This document shows positions 1-12,753 of a stretch of DNA of 64,000 nt, in pieces (position 1 is the stretch's first letter; every line of letters begins with the position of its first letter). The notes below the pieces were generated by a model, which made no database searches, was not told the DNA's origin, and saw only the letters and a program-made list of their open reading frames with translations. The translations under genes were made by a program, and so were the position numbers. The DNA comes from Heterodontus francisci (taxonomy: Eukaryota). The DNA is taken from positions 90,003,691 to 90,067,690 of the forward strand of contig NC_090387.1 of assembly GCF_036365525.1 (NCBI RefSeq), in the 5' to 3' direction.

Positions 1-1472
1 TTATTGTATAGTTCACTCTTGAATTGGATCTTCAAAAATGCATCACCTCGCATTTGCCCGGATTGAACTCCATCTGCCATTTCTCTGCCCAACTCTCCAG
101 TCCATCTATATTCTGCTGTATTCTCTGACAGTCCCCTTCACTATCTGCTACTCCACCAATCTCAGTGTCGTCTGCAAACTTGCTAATCAGACCACCTATA
201 CTTTCCTCCAAATCATTAATGTATATCACAAACAATAGTGGTCCCAGCACGGATCCCTGTGGAACAGCACTGGTCACATGTCTCCATTTTGAGAAACTCC
301 TTTCCACTGCTACTCTCTGTCTCCTGTTGCCCAGCCAGTTCTTTATCCATCTAGCTAGTACACCTTGGACGGCATGCGACTTCACTTTCTCCATCAGCCT
401 GCCATGGGGAACCTTATCAAACGCCTTACTGAAGTCCATGTATATGACATCTACAGCCCTTCCCTCATCAATCAACTTTGTCACTTCCTCAAAGAATTCT
501 ATTAAGTTGGTAAGACATGACCTTCCCTGCACAACACCATGTTGCCTATCACTGATAAGCCCATGTTCTTCCAAATGGGAATAGATCCTATCCCTCAGTA
601 TCTTCTCCAGCAGTTTCCCTACTGGTCTATAATTACCTGGATTATCCCTGCTACCCTTCTTAAACAAGGGGACAACATTAGCAATTCTCCAGTCCTCCGG
701 GACCTCACCCGTGTTTAAGGATGCTGCAAAGATATCTGTTAAGGCCCCAGCTATTTCCTCTCTCGTTTCCCTCAGTAACCTGGGATAGATCCCATCTGGA
801 CCTGGGGACTTGTTCACCTTAATGCCTTTTAGAATACCCAACACTTCCTCCCTCCTTATGCCGACTTGACCTAGAGTAATCAAACATCTGTCCCTAACCT
901 CAACATCCGTCATGTCCCTCTCCTCGGTGAATACTGATGCAAAGTACTCGTTTAGAATCTCACCCATTTTCTCTGACTCCACGCATAACTTTCCTCCTTT
1001 GTCCTTGAGTGGGCCAATCCTTTCTCTAGTTACCCTCTTGCTCCTTATATATGAATAAAAGGCTTTGGTATTTTCCTTAACCCTGTTTGCGAAAGATATT
1101 TCATGACCCCTTTTAGTCCTCTTAATTCCTCGTTTCAGATTGGTCCTACATTCCCGATATTCTTTCAAAGCTTCGTCTTTCTTCAGCCGCCTAGACCTTA
1201 TGTATGCTTCCTTTTTCCTCTTAGCTAGTCTCACAATTTGATCTGTCATCCATGGTTCCCTAATCTTGCCATTTCTATACCTCATTTTCACAGGAACATG
1301 TCTCTCCTGCACGCTAATCAACCTCTCTTTAAAAGCCTCCCACATATCAAATGTGGATTTACCTTCAAACAGCTGCTCCCAATCTACATTCCCCAGCTCC
1401 TGCCGAATTTTGGTAGAGTTGGCCTTCCCCCAATTTAGCACTCTTCCTTTAGGACCACTCTCGTCTTTGTCC
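1..1472 (-). mobile_element. Young CR1 LINE ORF2 fragment (reverse transcriptase), 5'-truncated, continues off the window start
   Basis: 480-aa ORF with KSPGPDG, YMDFSKAFDKVPH, VPQGSVLGPLLF, KFADDT; nearly identical to 10514-12005; absent from the paralogous site near 59687. Confidence 0.95.
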
Positions 1473-2870
1473 AAATGTTACACTATTGTTCAAAAATGTA
1501 TGTCAGGACAAGTCCAGCAACTGCAGGCCAGTCAGTTTAACTTCGGCAGCAGGAATGCTTTTAGAAACGATGATTCAGGACGAAATTAATAGTGACTTAG
1601 TCAAGTGTGGTGTAAGTAAGGAAAGTCAGCACGGATTTGTTAAGGGCAAATCGTGTATCACTAACTTGGTTGAGGTTTTTTTTTGATGAGGTAACAGGCA
1701 AGGTTGATGAGGGTAATGCAACTGACGTGCTGTACATGGACTTCCAAAAGGCCTTTGATATTGTGCCATATAACAAAGTTAGATCCATGGAATAAACGGG
1801 ACAGTAGCAACATGGATACGAAAATAGCTGAGTGACAGAAAGCAGAGAACAGCTGTGAACAGTTTCTTTTGGACTGGAGAAAGACTGGATTCCCAAGGGT
1901 TGGTGTTGGGACCTCTGCTTTTCTTGACACATATTACAGAGCTAGACTTGGTTGTACAAGGAGCAATTTCAAACTTTTCAGTGACATAAAACTTGGAATG
2001 ATTGTGAACTGTGAGGGGGATAGTGATAAACTTCAAGAGGACACAGGCAAACTGATGGATTGGGTGGACAAGCGGCAGATAAAATTTAATGAATAAAGTG
2101 TGAAGTGATTTGTTTTGGTAGGAAGAACGAGGACAGACAATATAAATTAAATGTTACAATTCTAAAATGGGTGCAGGCTTAGAGGAACCTGGGGGTGCAA
2201 GCACAAATCATGGAAGTTGCAGGGCAGGTTGAGAAATAGGTTAATAAAGCATATGAGATCCTGGGCTTCATAAATAGGGGCATAGAGTACAAACACAAGG
2301 AAGTTATGATAAACCTGTATAAAACACTGGTGCGGCATCAACTGAAGTATTGTGTCGAGTTCTGGGCACGACACATTCGGAAGGATATGAAGGCATTGGA
2401 GATGGTGCAGAAAAAATCACGAGAATGGTTCCAGGGGTGAGGAACTTCGGTTACGTAGATCGGATAGCGAAGCTGGGACTGTTCTCTGGCAGAAGAGAAG
2501 ACTAAGAGAAATTTGATAGGGGAGTATAAAATCATGAGGCGTCTGGACAGAGTAGGTAAGGCGAAACTGTTCCCGTTGGCTGAGGATCGAGAACCAGAGG
2601 ACACCGATTTAAGGCGATTGGCAAAAAAAAAAGCAGCAGTGACAGCGAGTGGTTCGGAGTTGGAATGTACTGCCCGGGGGTGTGGTGATGTCAGATTCAG
2701 TTAAGGCCTTCATAAGAAAGCTGCATAATTATCTGAAGATAAACAAAGAAGTGCAGGGTTACATGGAAAAGGCAGGGAAGCAGGGATAGGTGAGCTGCCC
2801 TTGCAGTGATCCGTCACGGATACGATGGGCTGAATGACCTGCTCTGTGCTGTAGACATTCCATGATTCTA
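1473..2870 (+). mobile_element. Degraded CR1 LINE 3' part
   Basis: RPVSLTS, QHGFVKGKSC, DFQKAFD and LKYCVEFWA remnants with many frameshifts; CR1-type tail. Confidence 0.85.
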
Positions 2871-2974
2871 TATGGAAACAATCTTGGTCAATGGATCCGA
2901 GGCACGTGAATTGTAACTGTCATTAGATGACTTATCATCCACTGTAACGAATAGTAAAAAAAAACTGCTTTAAC

Positions 2975-4930
2975 CTCCTGGTTACAGGGAGGTACCAGAG
3001 GATTCTATAGTGGCAAATGTGACACTCTTATTCAAGAAAGGGTGTAAGGACAGTCCTAGCAACTACAGGCCAGTTAATTTAACATCAGTAAGGTTTTAGA
3101 AAGAATAATCAACATACATATCAACGGACACTTGGAGAGGTTCGAGTTACTAAAGAATAGTCAGCATGGATTTGTAAAAGGGAGATCATGCTTGACTAAT
3201 CTAGTTGTATTTTTTGATGAAATAACAGAGAAGGTTGGTGAAGGGAATGCGACGGAAGTACTTGAATAAAGTACTTGATAAAGTACCACATAAAAGGCTG
3301 GTAAAGAAAATTGAGGCTCATGGAATAGGAGGTTCAGTGTACAATTGGATAATAGAAGTTAGCTTCAAGACAAAAACAGTGAGTTATAGTACATAGTTGC
3401 TTTTTGGACTGGAAGATGGTAGACAGTGATGTTCCCCAAGGTCCTGTGATGGGACCACTGTTTATTGCTATATAGAAATGACTTGGATCTTTACATACTG
3501 AGCAGAATCTCAAAATTTCTGATGACACCAAAGTTGGAGAAGCAGCAAACAGTGAGCATGACATGAATCACCTGCAACAGGAGTGGCGCAGTGGTTAGCA
3601 CCGCAGCCTCACAGCTCCAGCGACCCGGGTTCAATTCTGGGTACTGCCTGTGTGGAGTTTGCAAGTTCTCCCTGTGTCTGCGTGGGTTTCCTCCGGGTGC
3701 TCCGGTTTCCTCCCACATGCCAAAGACTAGGCTAATTGGCCTTTATAAATTGCCCCTAGTATAGGTAGGTGGTAGGGAAATATAGGGACAGGTGGGGATG
3801 TGGTAGGAATATGGAATTAGTGTCAGATTAGTATAAATGGGTGGTTGATGGTCGGCACAGACTCAGTGGGCCGAAGGGCCTGTTTCAGTGCTGTATCTCT
3901 AGACTAGACTAGACTAGACAATTTCAAAATAAGGGAGAAGCCAGGACGTAGATGGGCTAGAGGAGTAGGCAGAAAGGTGACAGATGGAATTTAATACTGA
4001 CAAGCAAGAGGTGATGCATTTTGGGAGAAGGAGTAGGGAAAGATAATATATGCTTAATAGCACTGTTCTAAAGAGTGTGCAGGAACCGAGGGACTGGGGG
4101 TGCATGTGCATGGATCTATGAAGGTGGCAGGACATGTTGAGAAAGTGGTTAGTAAGCATATGGAATTTTGGGAGTTCATAAATGGAGGCATTGAGTACAA
4201 AAGCAGGTATATTATGCTGAACCTTTGTTAAGCTCTGGTTAGTCCTCAACTGGAGTATTGCGTCCAGTTCTGATTACCACACTTCAGGAAGGACGTGAGA
4301 GTCCTTGAGATGGTGCAGAGGAGATTTACCGGAATGGTTCCAGGGATGGGAGATTTTAATTACAAGGTTAGGTTTGGAAAAACTGTTTTTGTTCCCCTTA
4401 AAACAAAAGAGATTGAGGAGAGATTTAATAAAAGTGTACACGATTATAACAGGCCTCAGATTAGTTATAGATGAGCAATTAACGCCATAGCATACAAGGC
4501 TACGGGGAAAATGGGATTAGAATGGTTAGGTGCTTGATGGCCTGCACGGACACCATGGGCCGAAGGGCCTGTTTCTGTGCTGTATAACTCTGTGATTCTA
4601 TGAATCTCTAAAATATTGTTCCTATTACGAATGGTACAAGGACTAGGAGACACACATAGAAAATATTGGGCAAGAGATGCAGTGGGAATGTAAGGAAGCA
4701 ACTTTTTTTTGAAGCGGGTGCTAAGGACCGGGAACTCGCTGCCCACAAGGGTGGTGGAAGTGGAGACAATCAATGACTTCAAGAGGAAGTTGGATGGCTT
4801 GAAGGAAATGGACTTGCAGGGTACGGAGATCGAGCCGGTGAGTTGGACTGATGCATAGCTCCGTGGAGCGCCGGCATGGACTCTATGAACTGAATAGCCT
4901 CCTTTTGTGCCGTAAATGATTCAATGACTA
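2975..4930 (+). mobile_element. Degraded CR1 LINE fragments interrupted by a SINE
   Basis: EVPEDSIVANVT, NYRPV, QHGFVKGRSCLTNL, LEYCVQF remnants; gggccgaagggcctgtttctgtgctgta tail. Confidence 0.8.
3582..3919 (+). mobile_element. HE1/V-SINE-like tRNA-derived SINE
   Basis: A/B-box head (gtggcgcagtggttagc...gggttcaatt), core gcgtgggtttcctccgggtgctccggtttcctccc, CR1-derived tail with (ctaga)n. Confidence 0.9.
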
Positions 4931-6534
4931 TGGCTGTCTAATGTCCATTTGCCAAATCTAGTAATTTGACATTTTCAATTCAGTTTTCAAAAATCTGGAA
5001 ATAAAATATGGTAATAGCCAAAGTGACCATGAATTTGTCGTGTTCCCCTGAAACCCCAATTGGTTCAATAATGTTTGTCATAGAAGGGCATCTGTCATCC
5101 TTAACCGCTCTGTCCGTAACTCCAGTCCACATCAACGTGGTTGGCTCTTAACTTTCAACTGAAGTCTCCTGACAAGCCCACCATCACCTTTTAAGGTCAA
5201 GCAGGGATAAACAATAAGTACCGGCCTTGCCAGCAATGCCCACAGCTCCAAAATTAATACAAAATCCTGCAGAATGTCACGAGCTGAAGATACAAGTTTT
5301 ACTATTTATTGTTCACGCGTGTGCACAGACCACGGAAGCGGAACTTCGGATGCATTTGCTGTAATGTGAAAAAAAAATTCGAGGAGACAGGTGACAAGAA
5401 ATCAGCATTCTTTTCAGTCGCCTCATTGGCATATCAGATTATCATTGGGTGGAATTTGTTTCTTCGCTGCACAGGCTGCGAAACCGAGCAAGCACTGAGA
5501 ACCTTATGGAAAATTATGTGTTATTGTCCTGCATGTCCCATAGATTGAAATCAATGGACAGAAATGTGTTGGCATTTACTCGAGGTTTTCCCACATATAC
5601 CGTCTGCTGCATGAAATTATGGATGCCGAGAAGCGAACAAAAGCTCCAACACATCAAGAGAGGCATTCCAACCATAGCTGAATCTTTCAGCAAATCTTTT
5701 CCCTTAGATACGTTTGTCATTTGATTTCCATTTGTATCCCGGGTTCTAATTCTTCTCCACATTTAAGTCGTCAAAGTCTACCTTACAGTGAAAGAAAGAG
5801 ATGGATATTGATATAGATGGAAAATATATAGATATATAATTGCATACATATTGTATAGATGTAGATATATTTTTTGATATTCTGGATGAATTAAAGACTA
5901 AACGTAGGATTCTAAGTGTAGTGCAGAGGTGACTGCCAACTTCAAATAATCTCCTGTGTTCCACGTTCTAATAATTGTTTGCAGAATTCTATTCTCTATT
6001 TACTTGTTTGAACATTGAAAGTGACCTGACTACAGTTGTCCCAGACTCCCCTCTGTCACCCTGTGCTAATTCAATTCCATCCATTCTATAATTGCAACAC
6101 AGATTTTCCAATTATGCCCAATTTCATAACATGATCTAAATGGTTTTTCCTATTTTTGCTGCAACAAATGTGTAGCTTCCAGGTTTTTTCAAACAGCGAG
6201 TCAGGTCAATGGACTGCAGGGATGAACTTTGCTCTTCCGTTTTTCTTGATATTCTTCACCTCGAAATTTCATGGGATTTCCATAACCTCAGTGGAATATT
6301 CGCGGAAATCTCAGAGAACCGACTTAAAGAGCGTTTTCAGCCATTTCCCCCATTTCTCCGGGGTTTCTCGTAATCACGAAGCCAAGTAAGAGACGGGTTG
6401 TAGCCGAACAAAGAGAAACGGAATGCCTGTAATTAACAAGTAAAACGGTGAAGCGTAAGAAATGTCTTAATAGTGCTTTTATAGTGCGGTTGCACTTAAC
6501 ATTAATTCTGCCAAGCTTTGGCAATGGTCGTTAT

Positions 6535-6985
6535 GACAGCTGTCGCTCAGTTGGTAGCAACCTGTCATCGAACTCACAAGGTTGTGGGTTCATCATCGCA
6601 TCCTGGAGAGTTGAGCACACTATGTATGTTGACATTTCGGTGCAGTACTGAGGGAAATCTGCACTGTTGAGGGTGCCGTCTTTCGAATGAGACGTTGGAT
6701 TGAGGCCTCGGTTTCTTTCTAAGGTGAATCCCGTGACACTATTTGAAGCGGAACAGGGGAATTACCCCTCGTGTCCTAGTCAATATTTATCCTTCAATCA
6801 ACATCACCAGAACAGATTATCTGCTCACTAACATGCAGTCGGCGGGAGCTTGCTGTGAGAAAATCGGCAGGCACGTTTCCCACAGTACAACAGTTACTGC
6901 ACTTCAAAAAGTATTTCTTTGGCTGTTAAAATGCTTTGGGGTGTCTTGAGGTCGCAAAAGGCGCTATATAAATGCAAGCTTTTTC
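6535..6985 (+). mobile_element. Deu-SINE (SacSINE1-like)
   Basis: tRNA-like head gctcagttggtagca, core gtgcagtactgaggga...caatatttatccttcaatcaacatcac, tail aaggcgctatataaatgcaag. Confidence 0.75.
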
Positions 6986-7073
6986 ATTGTTTTTCTATTT
7001 AAATTACAGAGCCTAACTTTACATTGCCGTTAACATATCGAACTGATTATATTCCCAAATATTGATTTTACAG

Positions 7074-7241
7074 ACCAAGCAAAGGACACCTGATAATAAG
7101 CTGACTTACGCTGCTGTATCTATGGCAGGGTCAAAGAAAACAGCAAAGCCTAATTATAAGGATAAGAGCACGGAGTATGCTCAGCTACGGATTGAAAAAC
7201 GAAGAGCAGACGTGATTTACACCGAACCGAAAGTCACGTGA
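7074..7241 (+). CDS. Gene B terminal cytoplasmic exon with ITIM/ITSM-like motifs (paralog of gene C; upstream exons lie outside the window)
   Basis: Acceptor gattttacag, phase 0: TKQRTPDNKLTYAAVSMAGSKKTAKPNYKDKSTEYAQLRIEKRRADVIYTEPKVT*. Motifs LTYAAV, TEYAQL, VIYTEP. The preceding ~5 kb aligns with the distal introns of gene C. Confidence 0.82.
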   Translation, partial: TKQRTPDNKLTYAAVSMAGSKKTAKPNYKDKSTEYAQLRIEKRRADVIYTEPKVT

Positions 7242-7635
7242 TATTTGTGTCCAATGCGGAACCCGTTTTTTATGTGTGTAGATCTAACTGCAGCAACATT
7301 ATCCGAACAACAACATGAGAAATTAATAACAAGGATTTGAGGGGAAGGGTGAAGATTGCCAGTTTAATAGCAGTCGATAATTAATAACTAGCATCTATTT
7401 AGAAGCAGTCGCTCCTGTATGATTGTTTCCTTCACCTCATTCAAGACGTTGTGAATGAAACAGATTGTAGAAATTCACTGACACGATGGTCAAATTATGC
7501 TCCAAAAGGTCCCAAACGTCCAAGGCCAGTGAACTGATTCGTCTTCACAGTTGTATTGAGTATTTACTGTCAATGGTGTTTGAATTTTACGCATCTTTTG
7601 AAAGGGTTGGGTTTACAGTTGTTTCCCGATTGACA

Positions 7636-7641
7636 AATAAA
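7636..7641 (+). terminator. Candidate polyadenylation signal of gene B
   Basis: AATAAA about 395 nt after the TGA at 7241. Confidence 0.4.
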
Positions 7642-8049
7642 CCCTAAATCAGAGCACTGTGATCGGTCAGGTACCAATTACCGAGTTATATGAAAATTAA
7701 CAGAAACGGGGATATAATTTTCCGGGGTATAAATTCGACTTGGACGGTAGTACAAAACGGACGGTAAGGGATAGGTCACAGGTTTTGCGTTCCGTTTGAT
7801 TTTCTTTTATATTGAACTTTGGCATTAGCGATTGCATTGGGGTGAAACAAAATTAGTAGCAATGAACAATGAATACGCTGTAAAGAAACAGATAATGAAA
7901 CAACATTTATATTACAATTTCTGCGAATTCAGCTCCTCCGAAACCATTTCATAGTCACTGATGGACTTTTCAAGGGTAGTCACCATTATCAGGGAGGATA
8001 ATTGGAACAGGCAGCAACAACACAGCATGTTCCCACAAACAATAATTAA

Positions 8050-8328
8050 AATGGATGATTAGATAACTGTTTCAGTGTTGATGGTTCAGGGATAACTATG
8101 GCCAGGACACCAGGAGAAATTTGCTGTTCTTCTGCAAATAGTACCATGGGTTCTTTTACCATGAGTGGCCAGACGGGAATTTGATTTAATGCCTCCTCCC
8201 AAAGACGGAACCTCTGACAGTGCAACATCCCACAGTGCTGCATCAACATGTCTGCCTAGATTATTAGCTCAAGTCTTCAAAGCGCTAACCTTATGACTCA
8301 GACAGGAGAGTGGTACTGCTGAGCCAAG
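8050..8328 (-). mobile_element. Deu-SINE fragment
   Basis: Reverse-complement similarity to 6535-6830. Confidence 0.6.
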
Positions 8329-8989
8329 AGGGCCACTGGTGGAGGAAGTCAAGCCCAGCTACACAAGTGGAAAGTCGTTAATTTATGAACTTACTGTGAT
8401 CTATAAAACATTATACAATACTGAAAAGATGTATACAGAATTTAAAGTAAATCCACAAAGTAGCACTGGAGAACAAACGATTTTACTTGCTTAATTCTTT
8501 TTTTTTCCAGTCGTACTACTTCCTGGATTTGCTCTTCAATTCTGCATTCAACTGAACAGTGCTACTTAATATTCTGCATATAGATTGAAAAGTAAATCCA
8601 GGAAGTAGTACCAGAGGGCAAAACATCACAATAGAAGGAAAGCTAGTTCCCTTAAAAACAGGTATTGTAAAGTTGTTTGTTGTTACTCAGAAGTTGCAAT
8701 AATTCTTCAAAAGAGACTGCAGAATCTAAACTGTTTGGTGCATTGTAAATGTGTCAGGATTCTTGAATGGGGGATTGTGGTATTGGGATGAAGAGCTTCA
8801 GTGGGCAATTGTTTTTTTTTTACCAGTCCTTGACTTTTGTTATGTTGTTATCATCCATCTAGCTGTAACCTAATTTCCGTGTATTACCTTTATTCGAGTG
8901 TTAATGTCCAGGTTTGAAAAAAAAACAATAACACGATTGAATATGGTTATAGACGGTTGTCTTTCTTATTTTCCTTCCTCTTTCCTTTC

Positions 8990-9297
8990 CTTCCTTTTGG
9001 CCTCCTTGTCTCGAGAAACAATGGGTAAGCGCCTAGAGGTGGCCAGTGGTTTGTGGAGCTGCACCGACAATGGCCAATTCCAGAGTGAAAAACTCTTCCA
9101 CAGGCGCTGCAGGTAAAGTTGGTTGTCGGGGCTGTTACACAGTTGGCTGTCTCCTTACACTGATGTCTCTTTTCCTGCCAACTGCTGATCTCTTTGACTC
9201 GCCTCTATTCAGCTCCGCCTTTATAGCTGTCCACCAGCTCTGGCGATTGCTCGCAACTGGCTCCCACGACTTGTGGTCAATATCACAAGACTTCATT
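8990..9297 (-). mobile_element. RTE-clade LINE 3' fragment
   Basis: Same family as 48711-48982; MKSCDIDHKSWE...RQSW remnant. Confidence 0.75.
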
Positions 9298-9352
9298 AAA
9301 ATAAAAGCAAAATACTGCGGATGCTGGAAATCTGAAATAAAAACAAGAAATG

Positions 9353-12300
9353 TGGCTGGGGGATGGGAACCAAATGAGGAGGTCAGTGGACAGTAAGGAG
9401 GTAGTAAGTAAAGCCTGTAAGGAACTAGATAATGAAGTCAGCATGACGAAAGGAAAGAGTCGGCAGGGAGCAGATGATGAAAGCAAAGGGACTGGTGGTC
9501 TGAGGTGCATTTGTTTAGATTAGATTTTTTTTAGATTAGAGATACAGCACTGAAACAGGCCCTTCGGCCCACCGAGTCTGTGCCGACCATCAACCACCCA
9601 TTTATACTAATCCTACAGTAATCCCAAATTCCTAACAAACATCCCCAACTGCCCCTATACTTCCCGACCACCGACCTATACTAGTGAAAATTTATAATGG
9701 TCAATTTACCTACCAACCTGCAAGTCTTTTGGCTTGTGGGAGGAAACCGGAGCACCCGGAGAAAATCCACGCAGACACAGGGAGAACTTGCAAACTCCAC
9801 ACAGGCAGTACCCAGAATCGAACCCAGGTTTCTGGAGCTGTGAGGCTGCAGTGCTAACCACTGCGCCACTGTGCCGCCCAAATGCACGAAGTGTAGTAGG
9901 TAAAGCAGATTAATTTAGGGCTTGGGTTAGTACCTGGGAGTATGATGTTATTGCTATTACTGAGACTTGGTTAAGGGAAGGGCATGATTGGCAACTAAAT
10001 ATCCCAGGATATCGATGCTTCAGGTGGGATAGAGAGGGAGGTAAAAGGGGTGGAGGAGTTGCATTACTGGTCAAAGAGGATATCACAGCTGTGCTGAAGG
10101 AAGGCACTATGGAGGACTCGAGCTGTGAGGCAATATGGGCAGAACTCAGAAATAGGAAGGGTGCGGTAACAATGTTGGGGCTGTACTACAGGCCTCCCAA
10201 CAGCGAGCGTGAGATAGAGGTACAAATATGTAAACAGACTATGGAAAGATGTAGGAGCAACAGGGTGGTGGTGATAGGAGATTTTAATTTTCCCAACATT
10301 GACTGGGATTCACTTAGTGTTAGAGGTCGAGATGGAGCAGAATTTGTATGGAGCATCCAGGAGGGTTTTCTAGAGCAGTATGTAAATAGTCCAACTCGGG
10401 AAGGGGCCATACTGGACCTGGTGTTGGGGAATGAGCCCGGCCAGGTGGTTGAAGTTTCAGTAGGGGACGACTTTGGGAATAGTGATCACAATTCCGTAAG
10501 TTTTAGAATACTCATGGACAAAGACGAGAGTGGTCCGAAAGGAAGAGTGCTAAATTGGGGGAAGGCCACCTATACCAAAATTCGGCAGGAGCTGGGCAAT
10601 GTAGATTGGGAGCAGCTATTTGAAGGTAAATCCACATTTGATATGTGGGAGGCTTTTAAAGAGAGGTTGATTAGCGTGCAGGAGAGACATGTTCCTGTGA
10701 AAATGAGGGATAGAAATGGCAAGATTAGGGAACCATGGATGACAGGTGAAATTGTGAGACTAGCTAAGAGGAAAAAGGAAGCATACATAATGTTTAGGCG
10801 GCTGAAGAAAGACGAAGCTTTGAAAGAATATCGGGAATGTAGGACCAATCTGAAACGAGGAATTAAGAGGACAAAAGGGGTCATGAAATATCTTTCGCAA
10901 ACAGGGTTAAGGAAAATCCCAAAGCCTTTTATTCATATATAAGGAGCAAGAGGGTAACTAGGGAAAGGATTGGCCCACTGAAGGACAAAGGAGGAAAGTT
11001 ATGCGTGGAGTCAGAGAAAATGGGTGAGATTCTAAACGTGTACTTTGCATCAGTATTCACCGTGGAGAGGGACATGACGGATGTTGAGGTTAGGGACAGA
11101 TGTTTGATTACTCTTGGTCAAGTCGGCATAAGGAGGGAGGAAGTGTTCGGTATTCTAAAAGGCATTAAGGTGGACAAGTCCCCAGGTCCGGATGGGATCT
11201 CTCCCAGGTTACTGTGGGAAGCGAGAGAGGAAATAGATGGGGCCTTAACAGATATCTTTGCAGCATCCTTAAACACGGGTGAGATCCCGGAGGACTGGAG
11301 AATTGCTAATGTTGTCCCCTTGTTTAAGAAGGGTAGCAGGGATAATCCAGGTAATTATAGACCGGTGAGCCTGACGTCAGTGGTAGGGAAGCTGGTGGAG
11401 AAGATACTGAGGGATAGGATCTATTCCCATTTGGAAGAAAATGGGCTTATCAGTGATAGGCAACATGGTTTTGTGCAGGGAAGGTCATGTCTTACCAACT
11501 TAATAGAATTCTTTGAGGAAGTGACAAAGTTGATTGATGAGGGAAGGGCTGTAGACGTCATATACATGGACTTCAGTAAGGCGTTTGATAAGGTTCCCCA
11601 TGGTAGGCTGATGGAGAAAGTGAAGTAGCATGGGATCCAGGGTGTGCAAGCTGGATGGATAAAGAACTGGCTGGGCAACAGGAGACAGAGAGTAGCAGTG
11701 GAAGGGAGTTTCTCAAAATGGAGACATGTGACCAGTGGTGTTCCACAGGGATCCGTGCTGGGACCACTGTTGTTTGTGATATACATAAATGATTTGGAGG
11801 AAAGTATAGGTGGTCTGATTAGCAAGTTTGCAGACGACACTAAGATTGGTGGAGTAGCAGATAGTGAAGGGGACTGTCAGAGAATACAGCAGAATATAGA
11901 TAGATTGGAGAGTTGGGCAGAGAAATGGCAGATGGAGTTCAATCCGGGCAAATGCGAGGTGATGCATTTTTGAAGATCCAATTCAAGAGTGAACTATACA
12001 GTAAATGGAAAAGTCCTGGGGAGAATTGATGTACAGAGAGATTTGGGTGTTCAGGTACATTGTTCCCTGAAGGTGGCAACGCAGGTCAATAGCGTGGTCA
12101 AGAAGGCATACGGCATGCTTTCCGTCATCGGACGGGGTATTGAGTACAAGAGTTGGCAGGTCATGTTACAGTTGTATAGGACTTTGGTTCGGCCACATTT
12201 GGAATACTGCGTGCAGTTCTGGTCGCCACATTACCAAAAGGATGTAGATGCTTTGGAGAGGGTGCAGAGGAGGTTCACCAGGATGTTGCCTGGTATGGAG

Positions 12301-12753
12301 GGCGCTAGCTATGAAGAGATGTTGAGTAGATTAGGATTATTTTCATTAGAAAGATGGAGGTTTAGGGGGGATCTGATTGAGGTGTACAAAATCATGAGAG
12401 GTATAGACAGGGTGGATAGCAAGATGCTTTTTCCCAGAGTGGAGGATTCAAATACTAGGGGCCACGAGTTCAAAATGAGAGGGGAAAAGTTTAGGGGGGA
12501 TGTGCGTGGAAAGTTCTTTACGCAGAGGGTGGTGGGTGCCTGGAACGCGTTGCCAGCGGAGGTGGTCGATGCAAACACGATAGCGTCGTTTAAGATGTAT
12601 CTAGACAGATACATGAATGGGCAGGAAGCAAAGAGATACAGACCCTTAGAAAATAGGCGACATGTTTAGATAGGGGATCTTGATCGGCGCAGGCTTGGAG
12701 GGCCGAAGGGCCTGTTCCTGTGCTGTAAGTTTCTTTCTTATTTGTTCTTTGTT
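9353..12753 (+). mobile_element. Young CR1 LINE (end of ORF1 plus near-complete ORF2: APE endonuclease and RT) with a few disruptions
   Basis: YDVIAITETW, GGGV, YYRPP, GDFNFP, SDHN and RT motifs across ORFs 10091, 11005, 11644 and 11989; (ttctttgtt)-type tail. Confidence 0.95.
9516..9879 (-). mobile_element. HE1/V-SINE-like SINE inserted in the CR1 ORF2 start
   Basis: Full copy, reverse complement of the 3582 family; splits the LRCIC/NARSVVGK coding sequence. Confidence 0.9.

Larger units (their letters stand above)
1473..6724 (+). repeat. Segmental duplication copy 1 (paralogous to 59687-64000)
   Basis: Same order of CR1 fragment, unique intronic DNA and Deu-SINE; e.g. ctacagttgtcccagactcccc and atttcataacatgatctaaatggtttttcctatttttgctgcaacaaa occur in both copies. 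Confidence 0.9.

Noticed and set aside
165-584. Antisense ORFs such as MSSANLLI... (also 11421-11840, 51500-51925)
   Set aside because: Opposite-strand shadows of the CR1 reverse transcriptase frame.
3582-3650. tRNA genes at SINE 5' ends
   Set aside because: These are A/B-box heads of tRNA-derived SINEs followed by SINE core and tail, not full cloverleafs.
5514-5762. Minus-strand ORF (82 aa) with a counterpart at 62082-62432 differing by an in-frame 15-nt indel
   Set aside because: The similarity is explained by the segmental duplication; there is no recognisable domain, the stops differ, and the putative acceptor is not conserved.
8513-8611. Imperfect hairpin (tactacttcctggattt...aaatccaggaagtagta)
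   Set aside because: Probably an old MITE-like remnant; no evidence for a miRNA or other ncRNA.
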